Assembly (NCBI RefSeq): GCF_009914755.1
Contig: NC_060940.1
Strand: one strand, 5' to 3'
DNA length: 64,000 nt
DNA from: the human T2T-CHM13v2.0 reference genome, Homo sapiens
The first letter of the stretch is position 1; every line of letters begins with the position of its first letter. Positions 13,161-28,276 of this stretch are shown here, one piece after another. Under the pieces are notes generated by a model that was not told where the DNA came from, ran no database searches, and saw nothing but the letters and a program-made list of their open reading frames with translations. The position numbers and the translations under genes are program-made.

Positions 13161-16100
13161 GTGTGCTCTTTTTTGGAGGTTTAGGGGGAGGCCTGTCTTC
13201 CGTCACTCAGCATTGTGATTTTGAGATCCATCATGTTGTTGTATGCTTCACTAATTCATTCCTTTTTATTGCTGATTGGTGAGTTATTATATGGATATAC
13301 CATAATTTCTTTTTCTTTTTTTCAATATACTGCGATTTCTTTATCTGTGCACTTGTTGATGGACATTTGGGTTGTTTCCAGTTTTGGGTAATTACAAATG
13401 AAGCTGCTGTGAACATTCATGTGCAGATTTTTATGTAGACATGTGCAATCATGTTGTAGGTGTTTAATATATATATTTTTATGAAAGTTCCAGATTGTCT
13501 TCCAAAGTAGTTGACCATTTTGTTTTCATGAGAGCAGTGTATAAGAGTTCTAGTTTTGAGAGCAGATTTTCTTAAATTTCATGAAGTTTATCCTTTTTTT
13601 CTTTTATGGATTTTACTTCTGGGTTCATTTCTCTGAAATCTCTGCCTTGTGTAACTTAAATACTAAAAGAGTTTCGTATGTTTTCTAATACTAGTTTTAT
13701 AGTTTTAAGGTTTTATATTAGGTTTTATATTGATGTATTTATTAATTTTGAGATATTTTTGTGTATGCACAAGGTGTGGATTGGAGTTCTTTAAAAGATA
13801 TAGATATCTAATTCTTCAAGTACTATTTGTTAGGACTCTTCTTTCTCCATTTGAATCTTTGTCAAAAATCAATGAAACATAAATATCTGGGTCTATTGTG
13901 GACCTCTATTTTGTTCCATTTATCTGTTTGTTTAGTATTATATCAATACAGCACTGTCTTGATTTCTGTAGTTTTATACTAAGTCTTGAAGTTAGGTAGT
14001 GAAGTCCTTCAACTTTATTTTACTTTTTCAAAGATGTTTTGTCACTTTAAGTCTTTGCGTTTCTAAGTGAATTTTAGAAATAGAATGTCAATTTTTACAA
14101 AAAAAACCTGCAGGGATCTTAGTTTGAGATTGCATCAATTTGGGGACAGTGAAATATTTTATCGAGTCTTCCAGTCCACTAACATGGCATATCTCTTTGT
14201 TTAATTTCGGTAGTGTTTTTTAAATTTTCTTTGTATAAGTGTGGAAAACCTTTTGTCCAGTTTATCTCTGAGTACTTTATAATTTTTGTTAAGGTACATG
14301 GTATTTAAAAAAACTTCAATTTCAGATTGTTGGTTGCTAGCATATAAAAATAATTTTTGTATATTGATATTGCAGTGTAGCTAAACTTATTTATTAGCTC
14401 TAATAGCTGTTTTGCAAATTCTGTAGAATTTTCTACATAGATGCTTATGTCGTATTTAAATAATGACATTTTTACCTTTTAAAAATTTATTCTCAATCCG
14501 GATACTTTTCACTTCTTTTTCTTGCCTTGTTGCACGGGCTAGAACCTTCAGTACAATCTGGCATAGAGGGGGTGATGGGAAACATCCTTGGCTTTTTTCC
14601 TCATTTTAGGGTAAAATCATTCACTCTTTTACCACTAGGTAGGGTTTCATTGATTCCTTTATTAAGATGAAGAAATTCCGTAGTTTACCGAGTGTGTTTA
14701 TCAGGGTCATTGTTGGGTATTGTCTAATGCTCTTACATCTATTCAGGTGACCCTCTAGTTTTTCTTTCTTAGCCTGATAATATGATGGATTTATGTAGAT
14801 TTTTGAATGTTAAACCAACCTGGCGTTCTGGGGGTAACACTTGGTTATTATATATTGTCCTTTTTATGTGTTGTTGGATTCAGTCTGCTAACATTTTGTT
14901 AATACTTTTTACATTTATATGCATGAGGGATATTGGTCTGTAGTTTTCTTGTAATATTTCTGCTTGCCTTTGGGATTGAAAGCCATTAATTTTCTGGATT
15001 AATTTATGTAGAATTATTATTATTTCTTTCTTAAATGCTTTGTAGACTTTATCAGTGAAGGCTTTGGATTTGGAGTTTTGTTTGTGGGAAGTTTTTGAAA
15101 TACAAATTCAATTTCATTAATAGATATAGGACTATCTATGTCTACTAAAAAGGGGCTATCCTTTTCTTTTTCTTTTTTTTCTTTGAGAGCAAGGCCTATG
15201 TCTTGATCACCATTTTGTTCCAAGCATATCCCTGGCATATAGTGGGTCAGGAGTAAATGTTTGGTGAATGGATGAATGAATGAGGCAAACTCAGGGAGAG
15301 GAAGTGGGGACTGTGTCTGTTCTTGGCCCAGTGTGGGGTTGTTTGTGGATGACATCTCATTCTCATCCTGTAGTAGAGGGATAACACAAAAGTATGGAGT
15401 CTCAGGGCTCCAGAGTCCTCATCCTCTGAGCTACATCTCCTACTTAGCCGAGGTCTTTTCACTCTCTGGGCAAGTCTCCTCACTTTGCTGAAATGGCAGC
15501 GTTCCTGGTACATGCCCGGTTTAGCCTAGGCTAACCTCTTCTTGAGTGAACCTAGGTAATTTGTGTCTTTCAAGGAATTTGTCTATTTTATCTAAGTTCT
15601 AGAATTTATTAGCATAAAGTTTATAACATCCCCTTATTATCCTTTTAATTGGTATGTTGAAACTTCTGTGTGTATTTTTAAATCATTCTGGCTAGGGATT
15701 TTAAATTTTCTTTTCTCAAAGAACTAGCTTTTGGCTTCATTTTTTTTTAACTTTTCTGTTTTCTATTTCATTGATTTCTGTTGTGGTCTTTTATTATTTT
15801 CTCCTGTGTATTGTATTTGTTCTTCTTTTTCGAGTTTCTCCAAGTGGAAGCTAAGGTAATTGATTTGTGACCATTTTTCTTTTTTATTATAGGCATTCAG
15901 TGCCATAAATTTCCCTCAGTTTACTAGTTTAGGTGCATCCTACAAATTTTGAAATTTGTATTTTCATTTTTGTTCAACTTAAAATACTTTCTCATTTCTC
16001 GATTGTTTTCTTCTTTGACTCATGTATTATTTAGGAATCAATTATTTAGTTTTCAAATATTTGGGGATTTTCTAGATGTATATCTGTTATTATTTTAAGT

Positions 16101-17343
16101 TTAACTCCATTTTATCACAGAATATATTTTTTATGATTTCAATCCTTATAAATGTATTGAGACCCAGAGATGGTCTGTCTTAGCAAATATTGTATGTGTA
16201 TTTGAAACAAATGTCTATTTTGCTGTTGTTTGGTGGAGTGCTATCTACATGTCAGTTAGTTCAAGCTGGTTGATGGTGTTGTTCAAATCTCTTATGGTGC
16301 TTTTGTCTACTTGTTCTACCAGTTATTAAGACAAGGATATTGAAATCTTAGACTATTAACTATGGAATTACCTATTTCTTTTTGTTCTTTCAGTTTTTGC
16401 TGCATGTTTGAAGACCTGTTATTAGGTGTATATATGTTTAAGATTTTTATGTTCTTGATGATTTGACTCCTTTATCATTATGAAATGACTTTTTCTCTTG
16501 TAATATTTTTTGTTCTGAATTCCATTTTGTCTGATCTCAATATAGCCACTTCAACTTTCTTTTAATTAGTATTACTGGGTAAATTTTTTTCCAACTTTTT
16601 ACTTCTTTACAAATTTTTTTTTTTATTGCAGTAGAATGTACATAACATATAATTTATCATTTTAACCATTTTAAAGTATACACTTATGTGGCATTAAATA
16701 CAATTTCACAATGTCTTGTCCATCCTTTTACTTTAAATCAATTTGTTTCTTTACATTTGAAGAATATTTTTTATAGGCAACCTATGGTTGCATACTGCTT
16801 TTAAAAAAATCCAATTTGACAGTTTCTCCCCTTTAATTGGGTTATTTAGATCATTTACAGTTATTGTGATTGTTTCTATGGTTGGATTTAATTCTACCAC
16901 TTTTGTCTATTCTTTGATCCCTTTTTTTCTTGATTTCTGCCTTTTTTGGATTTTTTTATAATTCCATTTTATCTCTTTTGTTGGCTTATTACTTGTAATT
17001 TTTTGGTTTTTTTTTTATGTTGGTTTTAGGGTTTCTGGTATCCATCTTTATCGTATCGGAATCTTTCTTGAAGTATTACTGTGCTTCACATGTAGCATAA
17101 AAATTTTTACCACAATATACTTTTCATATCTCTTTGGCCATTGTGATGTTGCTATCATACATTTTATTTCTACATATGTTATGAATCCCAGAATGTACTA
17201 CTCTTGTTTTTGCTTTAGTCAATTATCTTTTATAAAGACTTAGTGAGAAGTCTTTTATATTTCCCATATAGTTACCATTTCTGATACTCTTCATTCTCTT
17301 AAGTATTCAGATTTTTATCTATTGTCCTTTTCTTTCCACCTGA

Positions 17344-17830
<487 letters not shown>

Positions 17831-17869
17831 TATTTGGTTTTATTTTTATAGTTTTTTTGGGTACATAGT

Positions 17870-18217
17870 ACCTTCATCTCTTGCTATCTGTGGGGGATTG
17901 GTTCCAGGACCCCTGCAAATATAAAAATTCATGGATTCTCAAGTCACTTATATAAAATGGCATGTCGCATTTGCATATAACCTATGCACATCTTCCTATG
18001 TACTTTAAATCATCTTTAGATTACTTATAGTACCTAATACAATATAAATGCTATATAAATAGTTGTTATATTTCATTGTTTAGGGAATAATGATAAGAAA
18101 AAAGTCTGCACATGTTTGGTATAGCTGCAACCATCCATTTTTTTTTTCAGCAATATTTTTTATCTGACATTGTTTGAATCCATAAATGGGAAACCCATAT
18201 ATATGGAGGGCCAACTG
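17870..18217 (+). mobile_element. MER2 (TcMar-Tigger) DNA transposon fossil
   Basis: tatctgtgggggattggttccaggacccc ... gagggccaactg(ta) termini. Confidence 0.85.
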
Positions 18218-19394
18218 TATTTTCTTTTGTCTGACTGCTTTTAAGACTTTATCTTTTTCACTGGATTTAAGTAATTCGATTATGTTGCGTTTTAGTGTTA
18301 TTTCCTCTTGATTTTTGTGATTGAAGTCCTTTGAACATCTTAAATCTGTGGATTGATGGTTTTCATCAAATTTGGAAAATATTTGGCCACTTCTTTTTCT
18401 GTCTTCCAATCTCTCTCCTTTCCTTTGGTAACTCCAATTACATGTATTAATCTGCTTAAAATCATCCCATAGCTCACTGATGCTCTGTTAACCTTTTTCT
18501 CCTGTCTTTTTCCTCTCTGTATTTCATTTTGGATAATTTGCCTTGCTGTGTCTTCAGGTTCATTATTCTTTTCTTCTATTATAACTAATTTGTGTTGAAT
18601 TATTATTATCCAGTGTATCTTGCCTCTCAGATATTGTGGATTTACTCTAGAAGCTTGATTTAACGTTATTTCTGTTTCTCTACTTACCATGCTCAATCTT
18701 TTCTCAACTTTTTGAACTTGTGAACTATAGCTATACTTACTGTTTCAGTGTACTTGTCTACTCATTTCATCATCTGTTCTGTTTTTGCACCAGTTTCAAT
18801 TAGTTGATTTTTCTCTTCATTATCAGTCATATTGTCTTGCCTTGTAGTATTCTCTTAGAAACTTCCATGCCTTGTTGCTTTTGATTGGATGACAAACATT
18901 GTAAATTTTTAACATTTAAGTGCTGGATTTTGTGCTTGCTGTTCCTTTAAGTAACTCATTTATGTTACTTGGAAACAGTTGAATCTTTTCAGGTGTTGCA
19001 TTTAATTAGAAAGGAACAGTGTGACATTGAGTCTAGGGCTATCGCACCACTGCTGAGGTGAAGTCCTTCTGAGTGTTCTTCCTGATGTTTTCTAAATTAT
19101 GACATTTTCTATCCAGGCTAGATTTTTTTGTATGTTGTAGTGTTGGCTCCCATTATTGGAAACAGAACAAGACTTGCTAAGTATTAATTAAAAAGATCTC
19201 TTTTGAAAGCCTTGTGGAGCTACCAAAGCAGCCAGGACTTGAGGGTCCAAGAGCAGTGGCTGTAAGTATTGGTTTTAAAAATTTATAAGTAGGATTGATT
19301 TTAATTAAAAACTTTTAAAAAAATGTTGTGTATGTTGTTTTTCAGTTAAAAATTAAACAATTCTTAAGAGAGATGATTTCTCTTGCCTCAGGGA

Positions 19395-20240
19395 TGGTGT
19401 GGTGTAGTGGGTGTGGCCTTGTACCTGGGAACTAAGAATGTGAGTTGTGATTCTTTCATAAGCAGCAGTATAGTCTCTTGCCAGTCACTTCATAGCTCTG
19501 GATGGGCCTTAGTTTCTTTATATGTTCTAAAATTATGCAATTTTGTCATATTAAAAAGTAGGTGATCACCACAACATAGTTAATTGACACATTTTATATA
19601 TGTAAACTTTTATGGGAAGTTTTTATACATTTCTCCTGTAGATCACTGAGGCTAATTAATATCTGGATTCTTATTAATCCAGTGGCATTAATCTGTGGCC
19701 TAAAGTATAATTTGATGTGGTACACATAGATTCCTGTATAAGTAATTTATAACTAGGAAATAAAACTGTCCTTTCCAGACATGAGTAAATAACAACAACG
19801 AATGGTTGCCAAAATGTATTGAGGGGCTGTTTATGTGCCAGACACTGTTCTTAGAGCTTTATGTATTAATATCATTTACATCTCACAGGGAGATAAGAAA
19901 CTAGTTGCAAATCATGCACCTAGACTGGTAGAACTGGCATTGGAATTCAAGAGTTTGGCTCCTTAGGCTATACACACATAACAAAGGAGTTTGCTTTGTT
20001 ATACAGACCCCTGCCTCACTGTTTGAATGCTATTTGCCTAATATCTGCATAGTTTATAGTTTGCAAAAGGCACTAATATGTATGAATAATTTTATTTTAT
20101 CATCACAACTCTATGAAACAGTGTCCTTACAGATGAGGAAATTGAGAATGAGCGAGTTTGCTTCCGATGTGGTACCGCATCGAGGAAGTGAAAGAGTCTC
20201 CATTCAAAATTCTACTTTCGCCTCCAAATCCAGTTTACTT
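19395..20240. mobile_element. Several MIR fragments
   Basis: For example ttatgtgccagacactgttc...agcttt and ttacagatgaggaaattgag. Confidence 0.6.
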
Positions 20241-20397
20241 TTACTGTGCCATATTTTCATGGAGAGGGAAGTTTTTCGTAGGACAAGGAATGCTAAATTT
20301 GTTGAAATGGTTGAAATACTTTTTTTCTTCTTATCTAAAGCAAATATGGTATATGTGAAATATTTACACTTTTTTGGTTTAGCTACTTCTTATTGAT

Positions 20398-20678
20398 CTT
20401 TTTTTTTTTTTTTTGAGAAAGAACCATGCTGTGTCACCATGCAGCGGTGACTCACTGCAACCTCCATCTGCCAGGTTCAAGCGATTCTCTTGCCTCAGCC
20501 ACCCTAGAAACTGGAATTACAGGTGTGCGCCACCATGGCCGGCTAATTTTTGTATTTTTGGTAGAGACGGGGTTCCCTTTGATGGCCAGGCTGGTCTTGA
20601 ACTCCTGGCCTCAAGTGATCCGTCTTCCTTGGCCTCCCATAGTGCTGGGCTTACAGGTGTGAGCCACCGCGCCTGGCT
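20398..20678 (-). mobile_element. Alu (S/J), small internal deletion
   Basis: Antisense dimer with TSD tgatcttt. Confidence 0.93.
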
Positions 20679-21206
20679 CTTAATGATCTTTCTAGTGTTA
20701 GTTTAGATATGTCTTCCTTGCCCACCAAGCACCCTGCTTAAGGACTAGGTCATTTTCCCACTTAAAACCCTCATAAGATCATGCAGTTATTTTCACAATG
20801 AACATTCATTAGCCATTATTCATCACTGTATTTTGAAAAGACTCAGGTAACAAAATTAAATTTTTACTGAACCTGACACAATAGGATGCATAGTTGAAGA
20901 AGTATTATGTGGAAAATGATAAATGGATAAAGAATAAGTGTCATTAGCAGCATAATCTTGACACGGCTGAAGAGTCAGGAGTGGGATGAAAAATACACTT
21001 CATTTGTAGGTGAGATACACCCTTACATGATGAGTCATAATCCACTTAATCTTTTTATGTAATTACTGTAAGACTCTCAAACCATATCTCTATGTGACAA
21101 GATATACAAGCTCAGATACAGCTTAACTTTTTCACAGTAAAGCAGAGGCTTAGGGCTGGTGTAGTTTCTGATATCTAACTTTAAACCCTTATGAGTTTGA
21201 GTTGTG

Positions 21207-21512
21207 GTTTTTTTTTTTTTTTTTTTGAGACAGAGAGTCTTATTCTGTCACACAGGCTGGAGTGCAGTGGCGCGATCTCGGCTCACTGCAACCTCTGCCT
21301 CCCAGGCTCAAGTGGATCCTCCTACCTCAGCCTCCTGAGTTGCTGGGACTGCAAGTGCACACCACCACGCCTGGCTAGTTTTTGTATTTTTTCGTAGAGA
21401 CGGGTTTTTACCATTTTCCCCAAGCTGGTCTCGAACTCCTGAGCTCAGGTGATCGTCCTGCCTCCACCTCCCAAAGTGCTGGGATTACAGGTGTGAGCCA
21501 CTGCAACTGGCT
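21207..21512 (-). mobile_element. AluJb-like
   Basis: Antisense dimer with TSD tgtggt. Confidence 0.93.
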
Positions 21513-22039
21513 GTGGTGTGTTTCACATAGGTCTTTTGTCCTCTTTTACTTTGCTAGAGCTGTGGAAATGGGTGGTAGCCTGTGTGCAGGGGTCTTCATC
21601 TGCCCCTCCTGCCAGGTAGGAGAGCTGAGGCTTCACGCTCTCTCTGGCTCTCCGTGTGGCATTTGTGAGCAGCTTGATGTATTTGACACAAGTGTGACAG
21701 CAAAGAAGTGTGTGAGCAGAGCAGTGTGCTGCAGGGCCCAGCTGTGTGGATTTATCTGTACATCAGGCTGAGGAGCAGCAGTTAGCCAGATCTGACAGTC
21801 AAACGTGAGCTCCTTCTACCTGTGCTCCAGAGCGCATTTTAATGTTGTGTGTTTTTACTGTGGTTGGCATTTGACACAAAGAAAATTGTCAGAGCTGTTT
21901 TTTTCCTCTCCTCTTTAGTGTGCTAGTCTGCAATAGTTTTCCAAATAAATACTTCATTGTACATGGACAAAAGAAGGCACTTTCTAAAACAATGCCAAAA
22001 ATCATGTTGTCTTCATCTTTATACTGAATTTCATGTGAG

Positions 22040-22740
22040 GAATTAGTAGGTTAGATGTTTGAATTGGTAATAGGTAAGACGTTTACATAGTGCAAAAATC
22101 AAAACAATATAAAATGGAATATTTTGAGTAGTCTTGGCTCTGCCTTGCTCCTTTCTAGTCATTTCCCACCTCTATTGACAGATAATCACTTTAATAGTCT
22201 GTCATTTATCCTTTGTGTTTCTGTATGCAAATACAAGCAGAGTTTTGTGCCTTGCTTTTTACTTCCCAATATCTTCTGGAGAGCTTTTTAGTTCATAAAC
22301 AGAGAGCGTCCTTGTTTTTGTTTACTGTTGCTTTATACTTCATCATGTGGATGTCCTGTAGTTTATTCCACTGTCCCCTGTGGCTGGAGATTTGCATTGT
22401 TTCTAATCTTATTGTTTTATTGAGATAATAATTTCCATATCATAAAATTCACCATTTTAAAGTGTACAGTTCAGTGGTTTTTAGTGTGATTCCAAGCTTT
22501 TTTTCTACAAGTAATGATGTAATGAGTATCCTCATGCATATATTCTTCTGAACATGGTACAAGTGTATTAGAAGGATAAATCAGAAGTAGGATCACTGGC
22601 TCACATGGGAAATGCATTTGAATTTTGAAAGGAGTTGACTGGTTACCCTCTCTAAGTATGGTTTTGTTTTGCCCTCCTGACAGCAGAGAATGAAAGGGCC
22701 TGTTTCTCTTAGTCTTGCCCATAGTGACCTCGCTTTTCAT
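22040..22740 (-). mobile_element. Old L1ME 3' fragments
   Basis: L1M 3' motifs (agaagtaggatcactggctcacatggg...aatgcatttgaattttga). Confidence 0.65.
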
Positions 22741-23785
22741 AAAGCAATCTTAATATTTGTTTTTTTATAAAGCAGTTAAGAATTTTTAATTTTGATGTTT
22801 ATGAGCTACCAATTTACTATTGATATCTGATTGATTTCACCGATGTAAGCATGACCAAAACTTCTCTTTATGTTTGTAAATATTGTTATTTAATACTTGA
22901 TCTTGTCAGTTACTTCGTAAAATTGCAAGTACTGAGTGTTGGTGTTCAGAGCAGATTTTTATCTGTAGGGTCTTAAGCTGGATGATTTTCTGGTCCCCAT
23001 TCTCTGCTGTCATGTAGATACAACAGTGCTCACAGGATTAAAATGAAAATTCCTAGTGGAAGATCAATTATATGCTGCTTGCTCTAGAGTAGGAAAAATC
23101 TTGTCAAATTTTATCCTTTTGATACAGCCTTATAAGTTACAATGTTTTATACCTGTCTGATGCTCAGTTCCGAAATGAACTGAGAAGTGGTGGTTGTTAC
23201 AAGAATTTAGCTGAAGCATTAATTATAAGCAGAGGTTCAGCCTACATTGGCACTTGTCGACCTATGGGACAGGTCTGTTGCTGTTTCATCTGATTTAGGT
23301 GGAGTATGTAATTACTTTTGGGAATCCATGCTTTTGTGCTCCTCTTTATATGTAGATTAGCTTTACTGATGGACTCTCATGAAGAGATCTTAAGGTGGTG
23401 TTTGCAAGGTGGAGACATTTCAAGGTTTGAGAAATGTGTGTTTGAATTATTCAAGGCTTACCTTTTTTGGCATTTATAAATATTCTGGCACTTTGTGTCT
23501 ATAAAAAAGACTAAGAATTGATAAAATATTCATAGGAAAATGGAGGCTTTTCTGAGCTTGAAGTAAAAATTGAGGTATAGATTTTGATTAAATTTATGAT
23601 GGAGTGGAGAAATGTACAAGTATGGCATGGAAATATCATTGGTTCTTTCTATGGCCCAAATAATAGTTAATACTGAAAAATAGATAAATCAATTAACCAA
23701 TAGTGAATTATCCAAACTGGTTTGTCGATTATCTGTAATGGTGTGTGTTACATTAGTATTATAACTATAAAAGTATCATAATTTA

Positions 23786-24239
<454 letters not shown>

Positions 24240-25385
24240 TCAGGGTCAATTGGTTGCTATACTTCTATTCCCTTTCTCTTTCCTCACTTTTAGGTAATGA
24301 TACAAAAAAGGTCCAGAAAGAATTTGTGTTTTACCCAAAAGGAAGTTTCCTCTGACTACTCTGATTGTGATGGGTTTGTGAGAGAAGGCTGCTATTTGGG
24401 GTGGGAGAGGGTAGTATGCAGGGCTGCCACATCTGGTTAAGTAGGTTGTGCACTTTATAAAGACATTGGGCATTGGAGCAGGTGGAGCCTGAAATCCAGT
24501 TTGTGTTTACCAAGCTATATTCTTATTGAGTGGGACTATATCGGCCCAGAGCAAAGTGTACCGTTATCTAATTTTTATAAATGTGACTTACTGGCTGACA
24601 GTAGCTTTGGTGATGCATTTAATTGCATTTTTATTTGAAACCCAGTTGTTTCTGCTGTTTTTGCTTTCTTTCTTACAGATAATGTCTGTTGTATGTACCT
24701 GTCTATGTGTATATGTGTCTGTGAGTGTATATGCACATTTATGCCTTTTATATGCCACGTACACACGAAAACTCCATATATTCTTGAATGTAAGGTCAGA
24801 TATTCTTTGAAAAATATCCCTCAGAAGGACGGAGGTGCCCTATATGTATCTGATTTCTTATAAGATACTTTATAATATGAGATCGTCTTTCAGTTACTTT
24901 GTTTGAATAGCACAGTACTGTTTGGGGAAAACATAGTCTCTTGAAACAGCCTCAGACAATGCTGGCTTTGAGTGCTTAAAAAGGCTGCTTCATGGAATTG
25001 GAAAAGAGAAGAAACAAAGATGTTTAACACAGATTTATTAATTATTGTAGAGATGATAGATCACTCTAAAAAAGCAATACCGTAAGTGGATATGATCTCA
25101 AATAAATGTTTACAAGATGAATAACTCTTCCACATATGCTGACATTATGCAAATGGATACTTGTGGCTTGGTTTGGTATTTCCAGTGATAGTACCATAAA
25201 AGGATTTACAAGCTACTATGTCTCAAGCAGATTATACAGACAGGCGTTTGCTCTGGAAAACTGTGTTGGATGAGTTGTAAGCTGACTCTAGTGATGAAAA
25301 AGACCCGGTTGTCAACAATACATGTGAAGAGTGAATCAAATTGTCTCATGAAATGTGAGAGTGAATAAAATTATTTCTAAATTTA

Positions 25386-25723
<338 letters not shown>

Positions 25724-25809
25724 GATGTATGTAATTTAATTAATATATTTTATAATTGAGATTTGACTAATTTCTATCTCTAAAAGATTATAAATTCAAA
25801 GTTGGCTAA

Positions 25810-26022
<213 letters not shown>

Positions 26023-26029
26023 TGATCAA

Positions 26030-26450
26030 CCTTATTTTACCTATGAGGAAGCTGGGCTAGAGAGGTTAAATGACAGGTGAAAAGGTCAAATTAGATCACC
26101 CATGACTTCTCATGGCCTACAGAGCATGTACATTTCTTCAGAATCGGCTTTTTGCTGTGAATTTAATGCTTTAGCATAGTGACTGTTTTTATTTCCTCGG
26201 ACATTCCACACTTCCTTGCCTCTGCTCATGCTGTTTCTTCTGCCTAGCTCCTCCTCCTTCCTTTTGCTCCTTATCCTGTTGCAGATGGCTAATTCTTCAA
26301 GAGTTCAGTTAAACATCACCTCCTTTGTGAACATTTTCCCAGCTTACCCTACCTACAAGTCAAGTTGATTGCACTCCCGGTAAATAACTCTATACCACCT
26401 AGCACATGGTATTGCAATTACAGAATTCCATGTCTCTGTCTCTGAATTAG
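26030..26450 (+). mobile_element. MIR followed by L2 fragment
   Basis: ttattttacctatgaggaagctgggctagagaggttaaatgac; gctcatgctgtttcttctgcctag. Confidence 0.6.
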
Positions 26451-26454
26451 ACAC

Positions 26455-27030
26455 CACTGTTTCAATTACAAATGACAAAAACCCAAATCAAACTCACAGT
26501 GGCAAAAAATAAGGGGAATTTATTGACTTGCCTTAGAAGTCTAGGAGTACATGGCTAAATCCAACTTTACAAAAGATGTCACCCGATCACTGTTTTTTCC
26601 TATTTTTCTTGGCTTAGCTTTCCTCAGTGTGATCTCATGCTCAATAGGCTCTCATCTGAGAGCATAGCAGGACTCTGACAGCCCAAGGGGTATGTGGCCT
26701 TTGGCATCTGGGATCTTAGAAAAAGTTAGTGAGTTCTTTTTCCCTGGTTCCATCAAATTATCCAGGAAGTAATCCTGTTGGCCTGGTTGGAGTCATGTGC
26801 TTATTACTGAACTAGTCATCATGTTCAGGAGAGTCAAATGCTCCTGTTTGCCCAGCCTAGTTCATGCACCTACTCTTGGAGTGGGGTTGGAGTGAGAGTA
26901 CTCCCACCAAACTGTATGCACTATGTGAGTTAGACATGGGTGGCTCTCCCAAAGGAAAATCAGAGTCCTGTTTCCAAAGAAGGAAGAGTAGGCCCTCTGG
27001 GCATGTAAAAATAATAAATTTTCACCTCTT
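26455..27030. mobile_element. MLT1-type (ERVL-MaLR) LTR
   Basis: ttacaaatgacaaaaacccaaatcaaact...aaggggaatttattgact, typical of MLT1J/K. Confidence 0.65.
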
Positions 27031-27548
27031 TTTTCCTACTACAATGTGAAGTCTTGAAGCAGAGGGTTGCCGTGAAAATCAGAATAGGAATTAGGTCACA
27101 GCATCTTTGTATCTCTAGCACCTGCATGTACATAGCTGACCATCAGTAACCAAGGAAGGAAGAGAGGAAGGAAGGACTTTACCCATCTAGAATCCAGGTC
27201 AATATGATTTCTGTGACTTCTAGCTCAATATTATTTCTAGGCCACTGTCTCTTATCTCCATTCCCATTTGATCTGCACCATCTTTCCTCTTCACTGTCAG
27301 TCCTCTTATAGGTCTGTCTAGTTTTCCTCTTTGCCCCCCTTCATCCTTGAAGCTATAGTATTTTCTAACCAAGATGTAAATCTGAGCATGGCAACCCTCT
27401 GCTTCAAATCCCACATCATTGACTGGCTCCTACATTTTCAGCCTCATCTCCCCTGCTCTTACACCTTTTATCCACACTGGATTTTTGCAGTACTTTAAAT
27501 TTGCTATGAGTTTCATCTTTGGGGCCTTCTTGCTACGTCCTCTGCTGA

Positions 27549-27875
<327 letters not shown>

Positions 27876-28034
27876 TGTCTCTTGTTTCCTTGGTGAACTT
27901 CTGTGTTACCTGTTAGTAACAGCTCATATGTCATCTCCTGTAGGAAGCTTCCCTGACACCTCTACAACCAGAGAGTTGTCTCTGCTTCCTCTCATACTTT
28001 ATCTATACCTTTATCAGCACTTAATCTCACTTAA

Positions 28035-28276
28035 TTTTTTTTTTTTTTTGAGATAGAGTCTAGCTGTGTTGTGTGCAGGCTGGAGTGCAGTGGCGCGATC
28101 TGAGCTCACTGCACCCTCTGCCTCCTGGGTTCAAGCAAGTGCATCTGGCTAATTTTTATATTTTTAGTAGAGACATGGTTTCACCATGTTGGCCAGGCTG
28201 GTCTCGAACTCCTGACCTCAAGTGATTTGGCGTCCCAAAGTGCTAGGATTACAGGCATGAGCCATCACATCTGGCA
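28035..28276 (-). mobile_element. AluS with internal deletions
   Basis: TSD ttaatctcacttaatt; about 45-50 bp missing after ttcaagca. Confidence 0.92.

Noticed and set aside
18080-18696. ORFs resembling L1 ORF1p
   Set aside because: Frameshifted fragments of a dead L1M, interrupted by MER2.
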